Below are positions 50,151 to 64,000 of a stretch of 64,000 bases of DNA, in pieces. The number at the start of each line of letters is the position of its first letter. The first letter of the stretch is position 1. The position numbers and the translations under genes were made by a program. A model generated the notes under the pieces. The model was not told where the DNA came from, did no database searches, and saw nothing but the letters and a program-made list of their open reading frames with translations. Origin of the DNA: the human T2T-CHM13v2.0 reference genome, Homo sapiens; the NCBI RefSeq assembly GCF_009914755.1, contig NC_060947.1; one strand, written 5' to 3'.

Positions 50151-53100
50151 TTTCAAGTTTAGTTGTTGGTGGTAGTTTTTCCTATTAATAATGCTACTAC
50201 CTAAATTTTAGCAAATCTAGCACTGCCATTAGAAAATAAAGGATAACTATGTCAGCACACAAAGAGCAATTTCATGGTCTTATTAATATAAAGACTATTA
50301 AACAGATTTGTAGCAGTGGATAGAGATGCATCCAATACAACAAGAGAAAACACAAAGTAATTGAGAAAATGGGTGCAAACGAAACAAATAATGTGTGTCC
50401 CCATAAAAGAAACATTTGGCCTAAAGTTCTGTACAATTATAGAGCAAATTTCAGCTGAGAGTACCAAAAAAGTTCAGTTATGAGACAAGCAATATGTTCA
50501 CAGTATAGCAGTTTTAGGAGTAGGGGAGATCCTGTTTTCTGAAGGGCTTTTTCAAATTCCACACTTCCTTCTTATCTGAGTCTCATCTACTCTTGTTGTG
50601 AATCTCCTTTCTCAGCTTCCAGAGAAAACTCATGGCAAAGTGCAGTTAAATAGACATAGGTTTGACCCTTCTCTTCTCTTTCCCTTATTAGCCACATAAT
50701 GATGAAAACTCTTTCATTACTTTGGTTTCACTAAACATGAAATAATAATACATACCTGCTGAATTTTTTGAATATTACATGGAATTTTTGTAAAATACTT
50801 TGAATAGCGTCTAGAACACAAGAGATCTTTAATAAATAATAGCAAATGCAGGGCTTACTATTACAAGATAATCCATGTGGAAATCAGATGTTAGAAATAG
50901 ATTTCATGAAGTTACAGGACTTGGCTTGAGCCTTGAGGGATGTATACGATTGGGAAATTGGAACAAAAGAAAATATTCCAGGTAAAAAGAATAGCATGGG
51001 AATGGAGTAAAGGTGAAATGAATTTGGTTTATGAGCAGGGACAATGAATTGCACAACCTGATTGGAATGGACAATGAGAGTTGAGAGAAATAGGTAGAAT
51101 GCAGACCAACTGCTTAAACCAAGTAGAATAAAGTCTTCCTTTAGGAAGCCACCGAGAATAAAAGTTTAGAAAGAAAAGTACAAAGACAAGATTATCGAAT
51201 ATTAAATTTGTACTATTTCATTCAAAAAGTAGAATGATCCATGGTGTTCATAAGTAATAATACAACTGGGGAAGAATAGGAAAAGTTATGGATGTTTTAC
51301 TAGAAGAAAAATAAAGAAGGGAGATGTCAAGAATTAGTGCTGTACCCTTCTTTTTATTATTAACCATTTTATTAACCATTAAGCAGATGGTTGTGATACT
51401 ATTCTAGAACATCATGAATAATCGTATCCACATATTTCCTTTCCTATGTAAATGGAATTATTGGTCTCTAAAATAGGACTCAGCAAATGAAAACTTCCCC
51501 ATTTTAATATAGCTGAGAAGTAAGGAAACAAACACAATGGTGTAGAAAGAATAACAATAAGTGACCAAATCTCCTTAAGAATTTTATTATAGACAGATTA
51601 TCTCTAAGCTTTTCTGAAAGCAGTTAGTATATGAATAATTATAAGGCCATTAGTTCCTCCTTACTGATAATTTTTATCTAATTTAAATTAGCTTGATGGG
51701 AAAAAAAGTGGTCTGATTTCTAAGAACTTAGAAGGTCAGGAACATACAATTCAAAATAGTAAAGAAATTATCCTAAGTGGCTAAATTGAGAGTAGGAAGA
51801 AGTGACACCTTACAGAGAATCAGAAAGGTGTAAAAGGAGCCATGGGCATGCATAATTGACCAGGGTCACACAGTGTGGAAACTAACAGCTCTCCATGCAT
51901 CAGTAGCCCTTGAAGGCATCACCTCGTTTTATAGCGAAGCAAAATAGTTAATGCTCAGGATGATGATGCTGAATTAGCCAGGGAAAGCAGATTTACATTC
52001 AGTAAAATCTGTTTAAGAAGAAAGCAGTGTATGTAAATGCTTCAAATGACCAAATGACTGTTATTTGATACAGTTGTTTTGAAAAGGTGTTAATGATTTA
52101 AATAAAAATAAAACAAAAACAATTATATGAAAGTAGAACTCCCTTAGACTGGTTATCCAACATGACTCATTAAACATGAGCTCTAAATAGTAGAGCTTTT
52201 GGAGCACACTTGCATACACTCATACGTATACACACACAGAAACAGATATTCTATTATGAAGACATAAGAACAGAAATTGAAAGCAAATCTTTAGAAACGT
52301 GTACAGCAATCTAAAAATAAAAAGCATCGGCTTAAATTTTGTATGTCTGGTATTTGTAATTTTTAAAATAATTCATTTTTATTGCATGTTACAAAAGTAT
52401 CAGTCTATTATGGATTGGGAATTAAAACAAGCGCAAAAAAAAAAAAAAAAAAACCCGAAGTGGATCTTTCCTAACAAGTTTTTCGAGAAGAATCCATAGG
52501 AAGAAATTGGACCCACAGTCTTGGCCTTATCAGGATTCTAATCTAACCACCGGAGGTTCCTAACCAGATCAGAAAATGCAGTTGGATACAGACTCACAAG
52601 AGGGTGTGACTGTTTTTTCCCTTCTTATTCTATATGTGGCCACGCAACACCTTTAAAAGCAGCAGAGTTGTCGTCCCAAGAGAAACAAGAGTTAATTTGA
52701 GGACTGCTGTTTGGCTTGGAGCCTGGTTGCTCTAGGTAGATAAGGAGTATGTTTTCAGGTCCACTGCATTGCGTTGCATCTTAAACGAGCAGCTATGGAT
52801 TTAGGAGTCCACAGGCTTTGCTTTAAAAACGGCTGTTATTAAAGTCCTCAGAGACTATTATCCTGCAGGGTTTGTTGTCTTTGCTTTCATATCTCATTCG
52901 AAAATTCTCACACTTAAGCACTGCAACAGCAGAGAGAAGGGATATGCTCTCTCAGCAGGGAGAAGGGATATGCTTTCTTGCCTCAGTATATTCCCAAGTG
53001 CAAAGCTTCATTTCAAAATCTAATCTTTAAAAATGCCTGGCCTAGGGTGGATTACCCCCGGAGGAAACTGTCAAACCGCCTTAAGCAATCCCGAACTCTG

Positions 53101-54071
53101 GTAATACGTGATGCTTTCTCTCCTTGTGTGACCCTCTGACTCCATTCTTAAGATTACCTTTTAAAACTGATGAGTTCATTTAAGATCTCCTAGGTTGGAA
53201 GTAAGATGAGAGGTATCTTTCTCATCTACGTCTTGTTTTTCCTAGTTTCTTCTCATCCAGTCACAATGCAAAAATTCCCGAATATTTATTCATCACAAAA
53301 ATGTGCATTAAGTACCTATTGTATGTCTATAAGTAGGGCCGATAATACCTACCTTTTAAGGTTTTGGCAAAGATTAGATGAGATGATGTGAGTAGATCAA
53401 CCAAGTACCTAACCCAATGCCTAACCTATTGTGAGGTTTCATTAATGTTGCATCCTTCTAGTCCCCCTCTCACTTTCTGCCATGACTCCAATCCTGCTAG
53501 CAGAGAAGATATGAGGCCGTTCAAAAGAAAACGAATACCTACTGCATGAAGATGGGAGCCAGAGCTACAGGCAGGAGCTAAGAGGTAGTTCTCAGGAAGT
53601 TCAGGTTCAAAGGGTACAGTGTAGCCAATGAGAGCTTAGAATGCCGCCTGGAGATTTTTATCTGATTCTGTAAGGATAATATTCCACTGTAGCTTCTTGT
53701 GTAAAGGTGTAACATTGTGAAAATAGCATCTGGTAATGATTATTGGGAGGATGGTGTTCAGGGTAAATGTAGCAGGGTCAGAGTGAAGGCAGGAAGTCTA
53801 GTGGACAGGCAGTCCCAGCCATACAGGAACCAAAACAGCAGTGGCTTCAGAATCAGAGAGAAGGTAAAGAAGAGGGATGCTACCATCATTGAGTGCTCAT
53901 AAGTTATAAAAATAGCTGCATGTGTGATTTAATTCCATCCTTCTCTTGTCCTACCTTTGGAAGGTAGAATTCAGGAAAGTGATAACTATTCACAAGTACA
54001 TTTTAAAGATAGAAATGTTATTTAAAGTTCTATTTCTCAAGGAGTAAGAAAAAAATACATATGCTGTGTTT

Positions 54072-54074
<3 letters not shown>

Positions 54075-54116
<42 letters not shown>
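54075..54116. repeat. (CA)21 microsatellite
   Basis: Seen directly; reads (UG)21 in DMD pre-mRNA. Confidence 0.97.
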
Positions 54117-54118
<2 letters not shown>

Positions 54119-56340
54119 TGGGGCCAAATAAATTAGAATGACAAAACCATTGACACCAAATGACAAGGGCATTGACATCAAAGCTCCATATAGGCACAGG
54201 TGACTCCCACCTAAAATATACCCTATCAAGCATTCCTAAACTATATGGGTGCCAGTTCTAAAGGACACAATTTCCTGAGAAAAAGTGGGTAGAGTAACAC
54301 TGCTTCAGATATTTTTAAAAAGAAGCCGTGGACCCAGTGGAGAACTAATGTTGATATTCATTTGGCTCTGCACATAAACTTTAAAAAAGAATGGCATGCC
54401 TTTTAATTCTGGTGTTGAAAGAGAAAACGAGTCTTAAAGACAGGCTGAGTTTTCTTTTTTTAATACTGCATCTAAAATCCATAGAAAATACTGTGCTGCA
54501 ATATTATTTCTGATATTGCTATACAGCCTCAGTGCTCATAATTGGGTGAGCATTTCCTGCATGAGACATCTTTCAGATCAGTGCCAACAGTAATCTTGAA
54601 AGACCTTAACATGCAAACCCTAGATTGTACATTTAAGTCACAGAGACAACCACATATGAAAAGTCTACAATGTTGAAGGTACTTTTGGTTTTTTATATTA
54701 TATTTTATGTGCAGGAATCAGTCTGTTTGAAGAAAACTACCCTTATCTGAGAAAGACCAGATGGGTCTTTCCAACTCTGAGACATATTTGTTTTTGCAGA
54801 GCCATGATGAGGGGTGGGGGTAGGGTAGGGGGATGAAACAGGGCAGGAACTAATACTTACAGCCCTTATAAATCCTTTACACCAACTCTATGAAATAGGC
54901 CTTCTTTATCCCCTATCGAGGAAACCACGAGTTTGAGAGGTAAAGTAACTTATACAAATCATAGAGTTGTTGTTATGTGGCAGAAGCAGGGTTAGAGCAT
55001 AGATCTTCCTGAAACTAGGTTATTTTTATTCTCTTCCCTCCAAGCTCCAGTGTCTTCCCCATCCATTAAATACAAAGCAAGTGACTTCTGACTTGGGCTA
55101 CATGTATCACAGCAACATAATTATAATAACTCATTAAGGCATCTGTGAGATATTTAGTTTCAGAGCACTGATAGGAATGGTCAACAACTGAATAATTTTC
55201 CAATTAGGTATTGCTTTTAAAAATTTATCCTTAGTCAACTCAGAACTAATATCATTGATGTTTCTGAATGGTTCTAAATGAACACAATACACTCCTATTC
55301 TTCAAATAGGTAACTCTCTTCCCATGGACCAATACATATTTGGTTATATTAATCTGTGCAATTTGTCTATATTACATAGAGAGTTAAAAGCTCGAAAAGC
55401 TCTTATTTCTGGAATCTCTTTGTCACTAAGCTATTTTTTGTCCTCCAGAGAATCACTGTGGTTCAAGGTTGTATATTAGAAAAAAGCAATTAGTTGATGT
55501 CAAGTCTCATCTTTTCCCAATAACACATATCTAAGAAGAAAGCAAGAACATATGGCAAAGTGCCATAATTATTTTTGATCATACACTAGAAATCACAACA
55601 GCCATGTAGGTAATTCCCTCTGGCTTGTTTTAATTATTAGGGTTGTAAATGCAAACAACAACTTCATTCTATCCCCCACTTTACCCCCTAAAAACCTCAA
55701 AATACTCCCACGCAACCACAAAACAACCCTACACTGATGTAATTGTTTACAATAGGTTAATGATAGGAAAATCTAAGACATTTCTATTTTTTTCATTTTA
55801 AATAGCAGGACAATTTCCAAAATAATCACAGACACTCATCAGACACAACTGTATTCATTTGTGGGTACTCTTTAGCCCACAGCATAGAGATATTAACCTT
55901 AAAACTATTTCTAGGTATTCATAAGTTTTGAATGTTAAAGAAGGTTCTAGTACCATGATGTAAACTAAAGTCCTGCTGATATAATTGGATCTGATTCTCT
56001 GGTGATCTTCAGTGAGTTAATTTCTGTCTACTACCAAGTAGAGCAAATTCTTTCTTCTGGAGAGTGTGACTTTTGTGTGTGTGCCTAGATAGTTCTTTCA
56101 TCCTATTTTGCTTTTCTTCTCTTATACAATAGGGTGAACGGTGATGGGGAGAAAACAAAGTTACTCTTTTGTTAATGTATGAGGAAAAGGAGGAAGACAG
56201 GGGATATGCATGTGGACACTGATGTAAAGGTAGGTAATATTTGGCATATTTGCCGGGAAAAAAATGTCATAAAGGAAAAGTAGGCAAAATGCTAAGGTAC
56301 ATTTCCTCATTCTTAGAACCCATTCATGAGCTTTCCATTG

Positions 56341-56702
56341 TGATATGGTTTGGCTTTGTGTCCTCACCCAAATCTCATCTAGAACTGTAATCCGGGGGAA
56401 CCTGGTGGGAGGTGATTGGATCATGGGGGTGGCTTCCCCCATGCTGTTTTCCCATGTGATAGTGAGTGAGTTCTCATGAGATTTGATGGTTTTATAAGGG
56501 GCTCTTCCCATTCACTCTTTCTCTCTCTCTCCTGCTGCCTTGTGAAGGTGCTTCCTTCCCCTTTGCTTTCCACCATGATTATAAGTTTCCTGAGGCCTCC
56601 CCAGCCACACAGAACTGTGAGTCAACTAAACCTCTTTTTCTTTAAATAAATTACCCCAGTCTCAGGGAAGTTCTTTATAGCAGTGTGAAACGAACTAATA
56701 TA
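56341..56702 (+). mobile_element. Solo MaLR LTR (THE1D/MST-like)
   Basis: TGATATGGTTTGGCT...CCCAAATCTCATC start and ...GAACTAATATA end; 5-bp TSD CATTG/CATCG. Confidence 0.9.
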
Positions 56703-56781
56703 CATCGTGTATCTATTAATTCTTCCCAAAGCATTCAGTTCAGTTCAGAAGATGCTAGAGACCCTTAGACCATCTCACTGA

Positions 56782-57131
<350 letters not shown>

Positions 57132-57313
57132 GCAATGCTCTTTTCAACTGAGAACAAGTACATTTGGAAAATCATCCCCAAAAGAGCAAGGTTTGGGAAG
57201 GCTTAGGCCTTTCCATGCCCATATGACATGTTATATAAGTCTTATGAAGAACTAGAACAGATAAGAGGATGACTTTACAGATTATTTTACAAGAATTTTT
57301 ACATGAGAATGAC

Positions 57314-57614
57314 TTTTTTTTTTTTTTGAGACAGAGTTTTGCTCTTGTCGCCCAGGCTGGAGTGCAATGGTGTGATCTCGGCTCACTGCAACCTCTGTCC
57401 CCCTCCTGGGTTCAAGCGATTCTCCTGCCTCAGCCTCCTGAGTAGCTGGGATTACAGGCACCTGCCACCATGCCCGGCCAGTTTTTTTATTTTTAGTAGA
57501 GACAGGGTTTCACCATGTTGGCCAGGCTGGTGTCGAACTCCTAACCTTATGTGACCCACCTGCCTCAGCTTCCCAAAGTGCTGGGATTATAGGCGTGAGC
57601 CACTGCACCTGGAC
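57314..57614 (-). mobile_element. AluS (Sx/Sq-like)
   Basis: Dimeric Alu with GAGTTTTGCTCTTGTCGCCC. Confidence 0.92.
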
Positions 57615-58474
57615 TACATTTTAATAACGATTAAAGAACAGTGGAAATCTGCTTCATAACACCCTGAGTAAGAAATGAGAAATTGTAGCTGCATATCAGC
57701 ATTGTCGCTGACCCTGAGTATAAACGAAGAAGCCTCATGGTGACCCAAACAGAGAATTGTTAACTAAGTCATGTCCATAGTGCTTTACCATGGACAAATG
57801 TTTTTGATCCACCCTTCTAAGGCAGGGGTAGAAAAGCTGTTGAAATGTTGTAAATCTCTGCTTGAGTTTGTGATACGGTTTTAAATTTAGCAGAAAAATA
57901 TTCACCAACAGGAGAATGAGAAACCAACGTGGATAATTATTAATGTTATCCTGAACAGAAAATAAAAAGACTTGCTGAAAAACCTTTCTGCCTGGTTTTG
58001 TCAGAGTTCTCTTCCTTTTACACATTCACTTTTTGATGTTTTCCTTTTGTGGGCTGGCAGAAAGATGGGGGTCACTCTAAACTTTTACTAAAAATACTCT
58101 TAAAACTACAAGATGTAAGTTCTCTATTTTAAAGAGCCCATAGCCTTCTGAAAAAGTCTTAAGCAAATAAATGAACCAAAATAACATGTGATCATGTTAA
58201 ACTGGAACACAGCCCTGTGGGAACAAAGAACAATTAGCCTTGCCCCCCAAGATTTGCAGATGCCATCATACAAGTGATGATATTTGATCAGGGTCTTGAG
58301 GGATGAGTAGCAGCTGGCCAGGGGAGAAGTGGGAGAGTGAAATTTGAAGCAGTGGGAAAAACATGAATGAAGTTGAAGATAAGACGAGATAAGAATACAC
58401 ATCAGAGCTAAGTAACTCCGGAGGGAAGAGGGGAAGACCCATGGCGGGAAGAGAGACAGAGTGGTAAGATCAAA

Positions 58475-58477
<3 letters not shown>

Positions 58478-58539
<62 letters not shown>
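58478..58539. repeat. Compound (TC)n(TA)n microsatellite inside an L2-like remnant
   Basis: Seen directly. Confidence 0.95.
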
Positions 58540-59157
58540 GCTGCACAGGAAGGAGGGCCTGGATTGTGAAGGGGCTTGTGTATCAAGCTAAGGGTTTGGA
58601 CTTTATCCTGTGAAGATGTCTAATCTGTTTAAGATTTTTTGGTAACATCATCTTGGTGGCAGTGAAAAGGTACATTAGAGGCAAGAACATTAGAGGCAAG
58701 AGAATATGGAGATCTAAACTGAGGTAATAGACACAGGATGAGAAAAAGGGAGATATTTTTGAGAGATCATGAATACAACTTAGAGACTGACTGAATGCAA
58801 GGATAACATATAGGGAGGCAAGTTGGGTTTCTGGCTTAGAGAAGAAGATGGGGGTGATAATGCTACCTATTATTAAAGTGTTGAATTTCCAAGGAGATGT
58901 GAGCAGTTTAACATAGGCTTAGCCTGTCACTTAGTGATAGGGTGTGGAAGGGAGAGTGGTGTTGACCTTTGTCGGGGGGTACGTGTCATCCACTCATGGG
59001 CATGGTAGCCTGAAATAGGGGCGGTAAAGAAGGGCCCAGCAGGGAGTCAGACAGTCTATGTTGTCTTTCTTGCTCTCTCAGGCGTCTGTGTTCTTTGTGT
59101 CATTCACACGTGCCTGTGAGCGTGAACTTGCATCATGCATCAGTAGTTCCCTTAGTA

Positions 59158-59350
59158 CAGTGGTTCTCAAACTTGAGTGGGCTTGAGAATCACCCAGAGG
59201 GCTCATTAAAACACAGGCTGCTGGGCTCCACTCTGAGAGATCATGATTCTGTATGTCTGGGGTAGAACTCAAGAATTTGCATTTCTTAGAAGTTCCCAAG
59301 TGATGCCGATACTGCTAGTCCAGAGACCCCATTTTAAGAATGAAACACTG
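59158..59350. mobile_element. MER5A hAT-Charlie MITE
   Basis: CAGTGGTTCTCAAACTT...GAATCACC...AAGAATTTGCATTTCT...CACTG. Confidence 0.85.
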
Positions 59351-62300
59351 TTCTAGCATAACAGCCCTTAATCTTCTGGAGGTCATGAATGCCTTTATAA
59401 GAATGATGGATCTTCTCCTCAAAAACCTGCAGAAATATTTATAAACACAAAATACGACCTATTACTTCACGGGCTTCTGCTACTGCCACCTCCACCTCCA
59501 CCCCCGGGACATACAATGGATTAATGAAGACAACGTATCCTTCCAGTACCATTTTAAAGGAGAACCCCCAAGAAGAAGAATACATTGGAAAATGGCACCA
59601 AAATGTGATTTTACTTATTTAGTTGTCTTAGAATTACTCCCAGTGAGCCTACGTACAAAATGACCCGATTTGGGGAAGGAGACCTGTCAAAGGACAGTTC
59701 TTGGGTGCAATGAGGAAATTCATTTCACTCTAACCACATTCAGATAACCTGACCTTTTCCCATTTTAACCTGCCATTCACTTGGGAAGTAACAAATAACA
59801 GAGAGGTGGGTGGGTAACCATGGAGAAAAGGGTGCATTCAGCCAGGGGCCTGCCTGTGGAAGGACGGAGCAGTTTGCACCTCGGGGAAAGCGGAGGTAGG
59901 GCTCTAGGCTCTCTGTCTGGTAGCCCAGGGAAACAGTTCAAGATCAAAGGAAAAGATAATTAAGAATGTGCTTAAAAGAAAACTTCAAATCAGCTGTGCT
60001 ACACAAAGATATGAGACAATGCCTGTTGTAGAGAAAAGAGCATTTTGACTTTACCCTAAGAATCTTTCTTATGTGCTTTCCATAGCCCAGCGGTATAGTT
60101 ATTTTTAAATGACCCTGGAAAGGAAGCAGAGGTGTTCTTTATTGCATGAATAGAAGGCAATCTTTCATTTAAAGAACCTTAACCCCGCTCTGCATGCATG
60201 CATGAAGTCAGGAACACAAGGGCAATACTGTATTATTCATTTTGGCAACTATAAATTCAAATGATGGCTCTGAGGTTGGGGAGAAAAAGGCCCGCTGAGC
60301 TGGAGAGCAGAACGCTTCCTTCAGCTTATCAAAGAAGTGATAGTGCTACAGGCAGGAGTGCCCCATAATAATCTAGGGAAAATACGCCTCTGAGTCAATG
60401 AAGATTTTCTGTTATTGCATGGGCTGTTTTGCCTACAGCCAAGAAAATTCTGTCTGATGGTAATGTTTTAGCTGCTGATTCATCTCCTCTGTCTTCAATT
60501 CTTCTCAGCAAACTTTTATTGGGTCTCATCCTGGGCACATTTACAGAGCAATTTCCATAATGATAACATCTCTTCAAATGAGATTTAAAGTGTAATTAAA
60601 AGGCACATGTGTTGTGGCAAAGGCGTTGTTGTGCAGTGACCATACATCATCGTGCCATGGAGCTCTCACTCAGCCAGCCTATGGAATGACCCCGGTTTCA
60701 CTCTGATAAGATTCCATGGCTTTGTTTGAGGCTAATGGCTTCATTAGAAAAAATAAATAAATAAAAGAAGATAAAACAAGCTCTTTATTGGAGAGATAAG
60801 TCCATGAACATGCGTTAGACTTCTGCACCCTTCTCCCTTCGTTCTGTCTCTTAGAACTCAGAGGCAACAAGAAACTCCTTGAGCACGGAAGTGAACACTA
60901 ACAAACGGACAGGTGAAAGCTGAAAGGATGTGCTTGCCCTGAGAAGCTGAGCTCCTTATGTCCTATGGCCTACTCTCATGGTTTTAAGTGTGATTGCTAG
61001 AAAAGTGGAAACTACAGGTTACAATTCCCTGAATGGATGAATGCTTGCTCCTGAAAAACTGCCTGGTGCCTGAGAAAGCAAGGAAATACTCCTTGAGTAG
61101 TCAATGTTTGAAACCTCCAAAGTAGCTAAGACTATTTCTTCTTCACTGTAAAATCAATATAAGATTTTTAAGCTTTGGAACTACTCAAACCCGAAAATAG
61201 CTTGCCTACCCAGATCCTGACTCATAGTATTCATTAAATGATATGAACTGATTTTTTACTTGGCTGCTGGTTTTAAGTATTGATAGATAATCATATCATA
61301 TGACAGGGAAATCATATTAACACATGGGGCGAATAAAATCTTTCAAAAGATCAGTTTTGAGATCCAAGATGATCATTAAATAATAGATTCTGAAGCATTT
61401 AAAAGAGGACTTGGAACTTTTAAATGCCATATGTTCGATCACCTTTTTAAAACATAACATGACAATATTCATGGAGACTCAATATGCCATGTAATGTCTA
61501 CGTTACTTACAGCAGAGAGTTCCACTAATTTTCTGTGCTCCTTTCTTTGCCTAAATGAACTATTTCATTTAGCACAATATTTTGTTTGTAGAATAAAATT
61601 TATCCTTGTGATGTTGGGAGTTATGAAATAACTCATGTGTTTTAAAATATCATTAAATGTACGGAATTAAACTATAATTAGTAGAAATCATTTGAGGGTC
61701 TTTAATTTACTGATGCTGACAAATTCTCATCAAATAGTTACTGTGCTTTCAAGTAAAATAACATCTTTGTAGGCAGATGTAAGACACTAGAAAAATAATG
61801 TACACTTTCAAAGAGAAAGTGAACCTCCCATACCTCTGAAATAAAAGCAATTTAGAAATCTGATATATTTTAAAAGAGGCACATAAGTTAATCTGTAAAT
61901 TTCACTTTACTCGTTGACGGTGAAATGCTACGTTCAATCTGTTGTTACAGCAAAAAGTTAATGGAAAGTTTGACTTCACTGTAACAATATCCTCTTTTAA
62001 CCAAATAACCTTCCTTAAACCTTGGATAAAATTCCCCTGTTTCACACTATCACCATCACAGATAAACGGATTGAAAAGACAACACCATTCTCAGTAGAAC
62101 TGTTTGCTTACACTCAGTTAGCCAAGCTTCTACTACCTGATTTCATTGCCATGGAAAATCCTCCAGGATAACTTGGGTAGCAGCTACCTCTATTACTTCT
62201 CCCAACATCCCACTGCTTCCAGTTGCTACTGTTTGCTGTTACAATCAGTGGTAGCCTAGAAACTTGAACCACCCAAGTGTTTTAAATGCGGAAGAGAAAA

Positions 62301-62979
62301 TCTGAGGGAAAATTGGGAAGGAAAAAGTGTTTCCATGTTTCCGAAGAGCGGCATTGTGCTTGTATGACTGTTTTTCATCAGCTTTGACTTTTTGGAGAGG
62401 CAGTTTTACTTTTCATAGCTAGTCTAATATTTCTTCTCACTAAATAGTGAATTAACACAGTGCAAATTTAGCAGTCATCCTTTTGACATCTTTACTCATA
62501 AAATAAGTAAAAGCAATCCCCAACTTACAAAGAGTTCTCTAACCAAAAATCACTTGCAAATAAATGGTCCAGAACCCCAAACTCAAATTTCCATGGACAC
62601 AATAGTCATATACATGTCTCAGACCAGCATATACATATATAGCTATTTAACCTATACCATGGATGATTTATATCATTTTGATAGCATGACTTTGGGTTAT
62701 ATGATTTGGGAAATATGCATCTTTTGGGATATGAAAGATTCAAGAAGTACGGAAAAGAAATACTTCCTATTTTAAGACCTGGATTTGTCCAACACCCAAC
62801 AAAGGAGATATATAAATGGGCATCTGCTCTCTCCTTCCACCTTCTGGTGCCCATATTTTCTACTCCCAAACTTCCTTATGTTTTAATCCTCATTCTCTTC
62901 TATCTGTTGAAAATCTTATTCCCAAAGTATAGACTGACAACTTTCACATTCTGGGAGATTTTTATATTTTAAAAAGAGG

Positions 62980-63275
62980 GGCTGGGCATGGTGGCTCACA
63001 TCTGTAATTCCAGCACGTTGTCAGGCCAAGGTGGGTGGATCACTTCAGCCCAGGAATCTGAGACCAGCTTAGGCAATGTGGCGAAACTCTGTTTCTACAG
63101 AAAATACAAAAAGTAGCGGGGTGTGGTGGCACGTGCCTGTAGTCCCAGCCACTTGGGAGGCTGAGGTGGGAGGGAGGATCACCTGAGCCCAGGGATGTCG
63201 AAGTTGCAGTGAGCCATGATTGTGCCACTGCACTCCAGCCTGGGTGACAGGGTATGACCCTGTCTCCAAAAAAAA
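62980..63275 (+). mobile_element. AluJ
   Basis: AluJ diagnostics (GATCACTTCAGCCCAGGA, GGAGGATCACCTGAGCCC, GACCCTGTCTC). Confidence 0.9.
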
Positions 63276-63429
63276 GGGGAAGCTGAGTTAAACCAAACCA
63301 ATCTGAATCACAGATTGATAGGATTTCCAAGAATATAAGAATGCAAAGTAAAAATATTCAGATGGTAGCATAAGCGTCTGGGGGCAGAAAGGCTTTAGCT
63401 ATTCTTGGTAGGCAATCTACTTTGGTTAA

Positions 63430-64000
63430 TACTGTGAACTGGCTCACCTAAATCTACTTACCATCCTTCCAGTTGGACAGGTTGGAAATTAAAAACTGTA
63501 TTTGCCAGACTTCCATGCAGCTAGTGTTCTGATTATGAATTAGGATATAATAAGTTAGGGTTGTCAGATAAAATACAAGGCACCCAGTTAAATTTAAATT
63601 TTCTACACAATCTTTTTTTATTTAGTGTTAAGTATGTTGCATGCATTATTTTTATTTGCTAAATCTGGCAACGTTTTGCCAAATGTGTATACTTGTGAGA
63701 GATCTGGAAAGTGGAAGTGAGGCATAGGTCACCTTTCTGCCCCTTTTGGCTATTTCTGTTGGCGAGCTTAGTCAAAGAAACATGAGATTTCCTACATCAG
63801 AGTTCCAAAGTTCTTTCTCCAGCTTCCTGGCTGGAGAAGGGCAGTTGCTAACAGCAGCTTCAAAAGTGGTAGCGTCTAGATTTCAACCTCCTGGTTCCTA
63901 GTTCCTATTTACAAAGTATGTTCTTGAAATCATTGCTTCAGTGGTACCCCGGAGATGGTAGTTTCTTATTGGATCAGTTCTATATAGTTTTAGAAATCTG
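63430..64000. mobile_element. Old ERVL-type LTR (LTR16/LTR33-like) interrupted by a MITE
   Basis: TATTTGCCAGACTTCCATGCAGCTAG motif. Boundaries approximate. Confidence 0.4.
63556..63672. mobile_element. MER53-like hAT MITE
   Basis: TAGGGTTGTCAGAT...CCCAGTTAAATTT...TTTGCTAAATCTGGCAAC inverted termini. Confidence 0.75.

Overview
Human-type genomic DNA from the dystrophin gene (DMD), transcribed on the minus strand. The window runs from the 3' part of intron 55 (right end) to the 5' part of intron 59 (left end). It contains exons 56-59, identified from translated sequence, GT-AG boundaries and exon lengths of 173/157/121/269 nt. It also contains the alternative first exon (MLHRKTYHVK) and promoter of the Schwann-cell isoform Dp116, 754 nt upstream of exon 56. 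The rest is AT-rich intron: a full-length but dead L1PA7-like LINE-1, a 2.1-kb young 5'-truncated L1, smaller L1 pieces, 16 Alus, two solo LTRs (MER57-like, THE1-like), hAT MITEs, MIR/L2 relics and microsatellites. Nearly all ORF-track entries are repeat-derived or chance ORFs. I see no wholly new biological system. The best leads are an in-frame upstream ATG adding a Cys-Cys N-terminal extension to Dp116, a SOX/TEAD motif cluster in its promoter, an Alu copied locally together with its 3' flank, a stop-free in-frame cryptic exon abutting a (UG)21 tract, and inverted-Alu geometry around frame-symmetric exon pairs. Repeat subfamily names come from recalled consensus features, not a database search.
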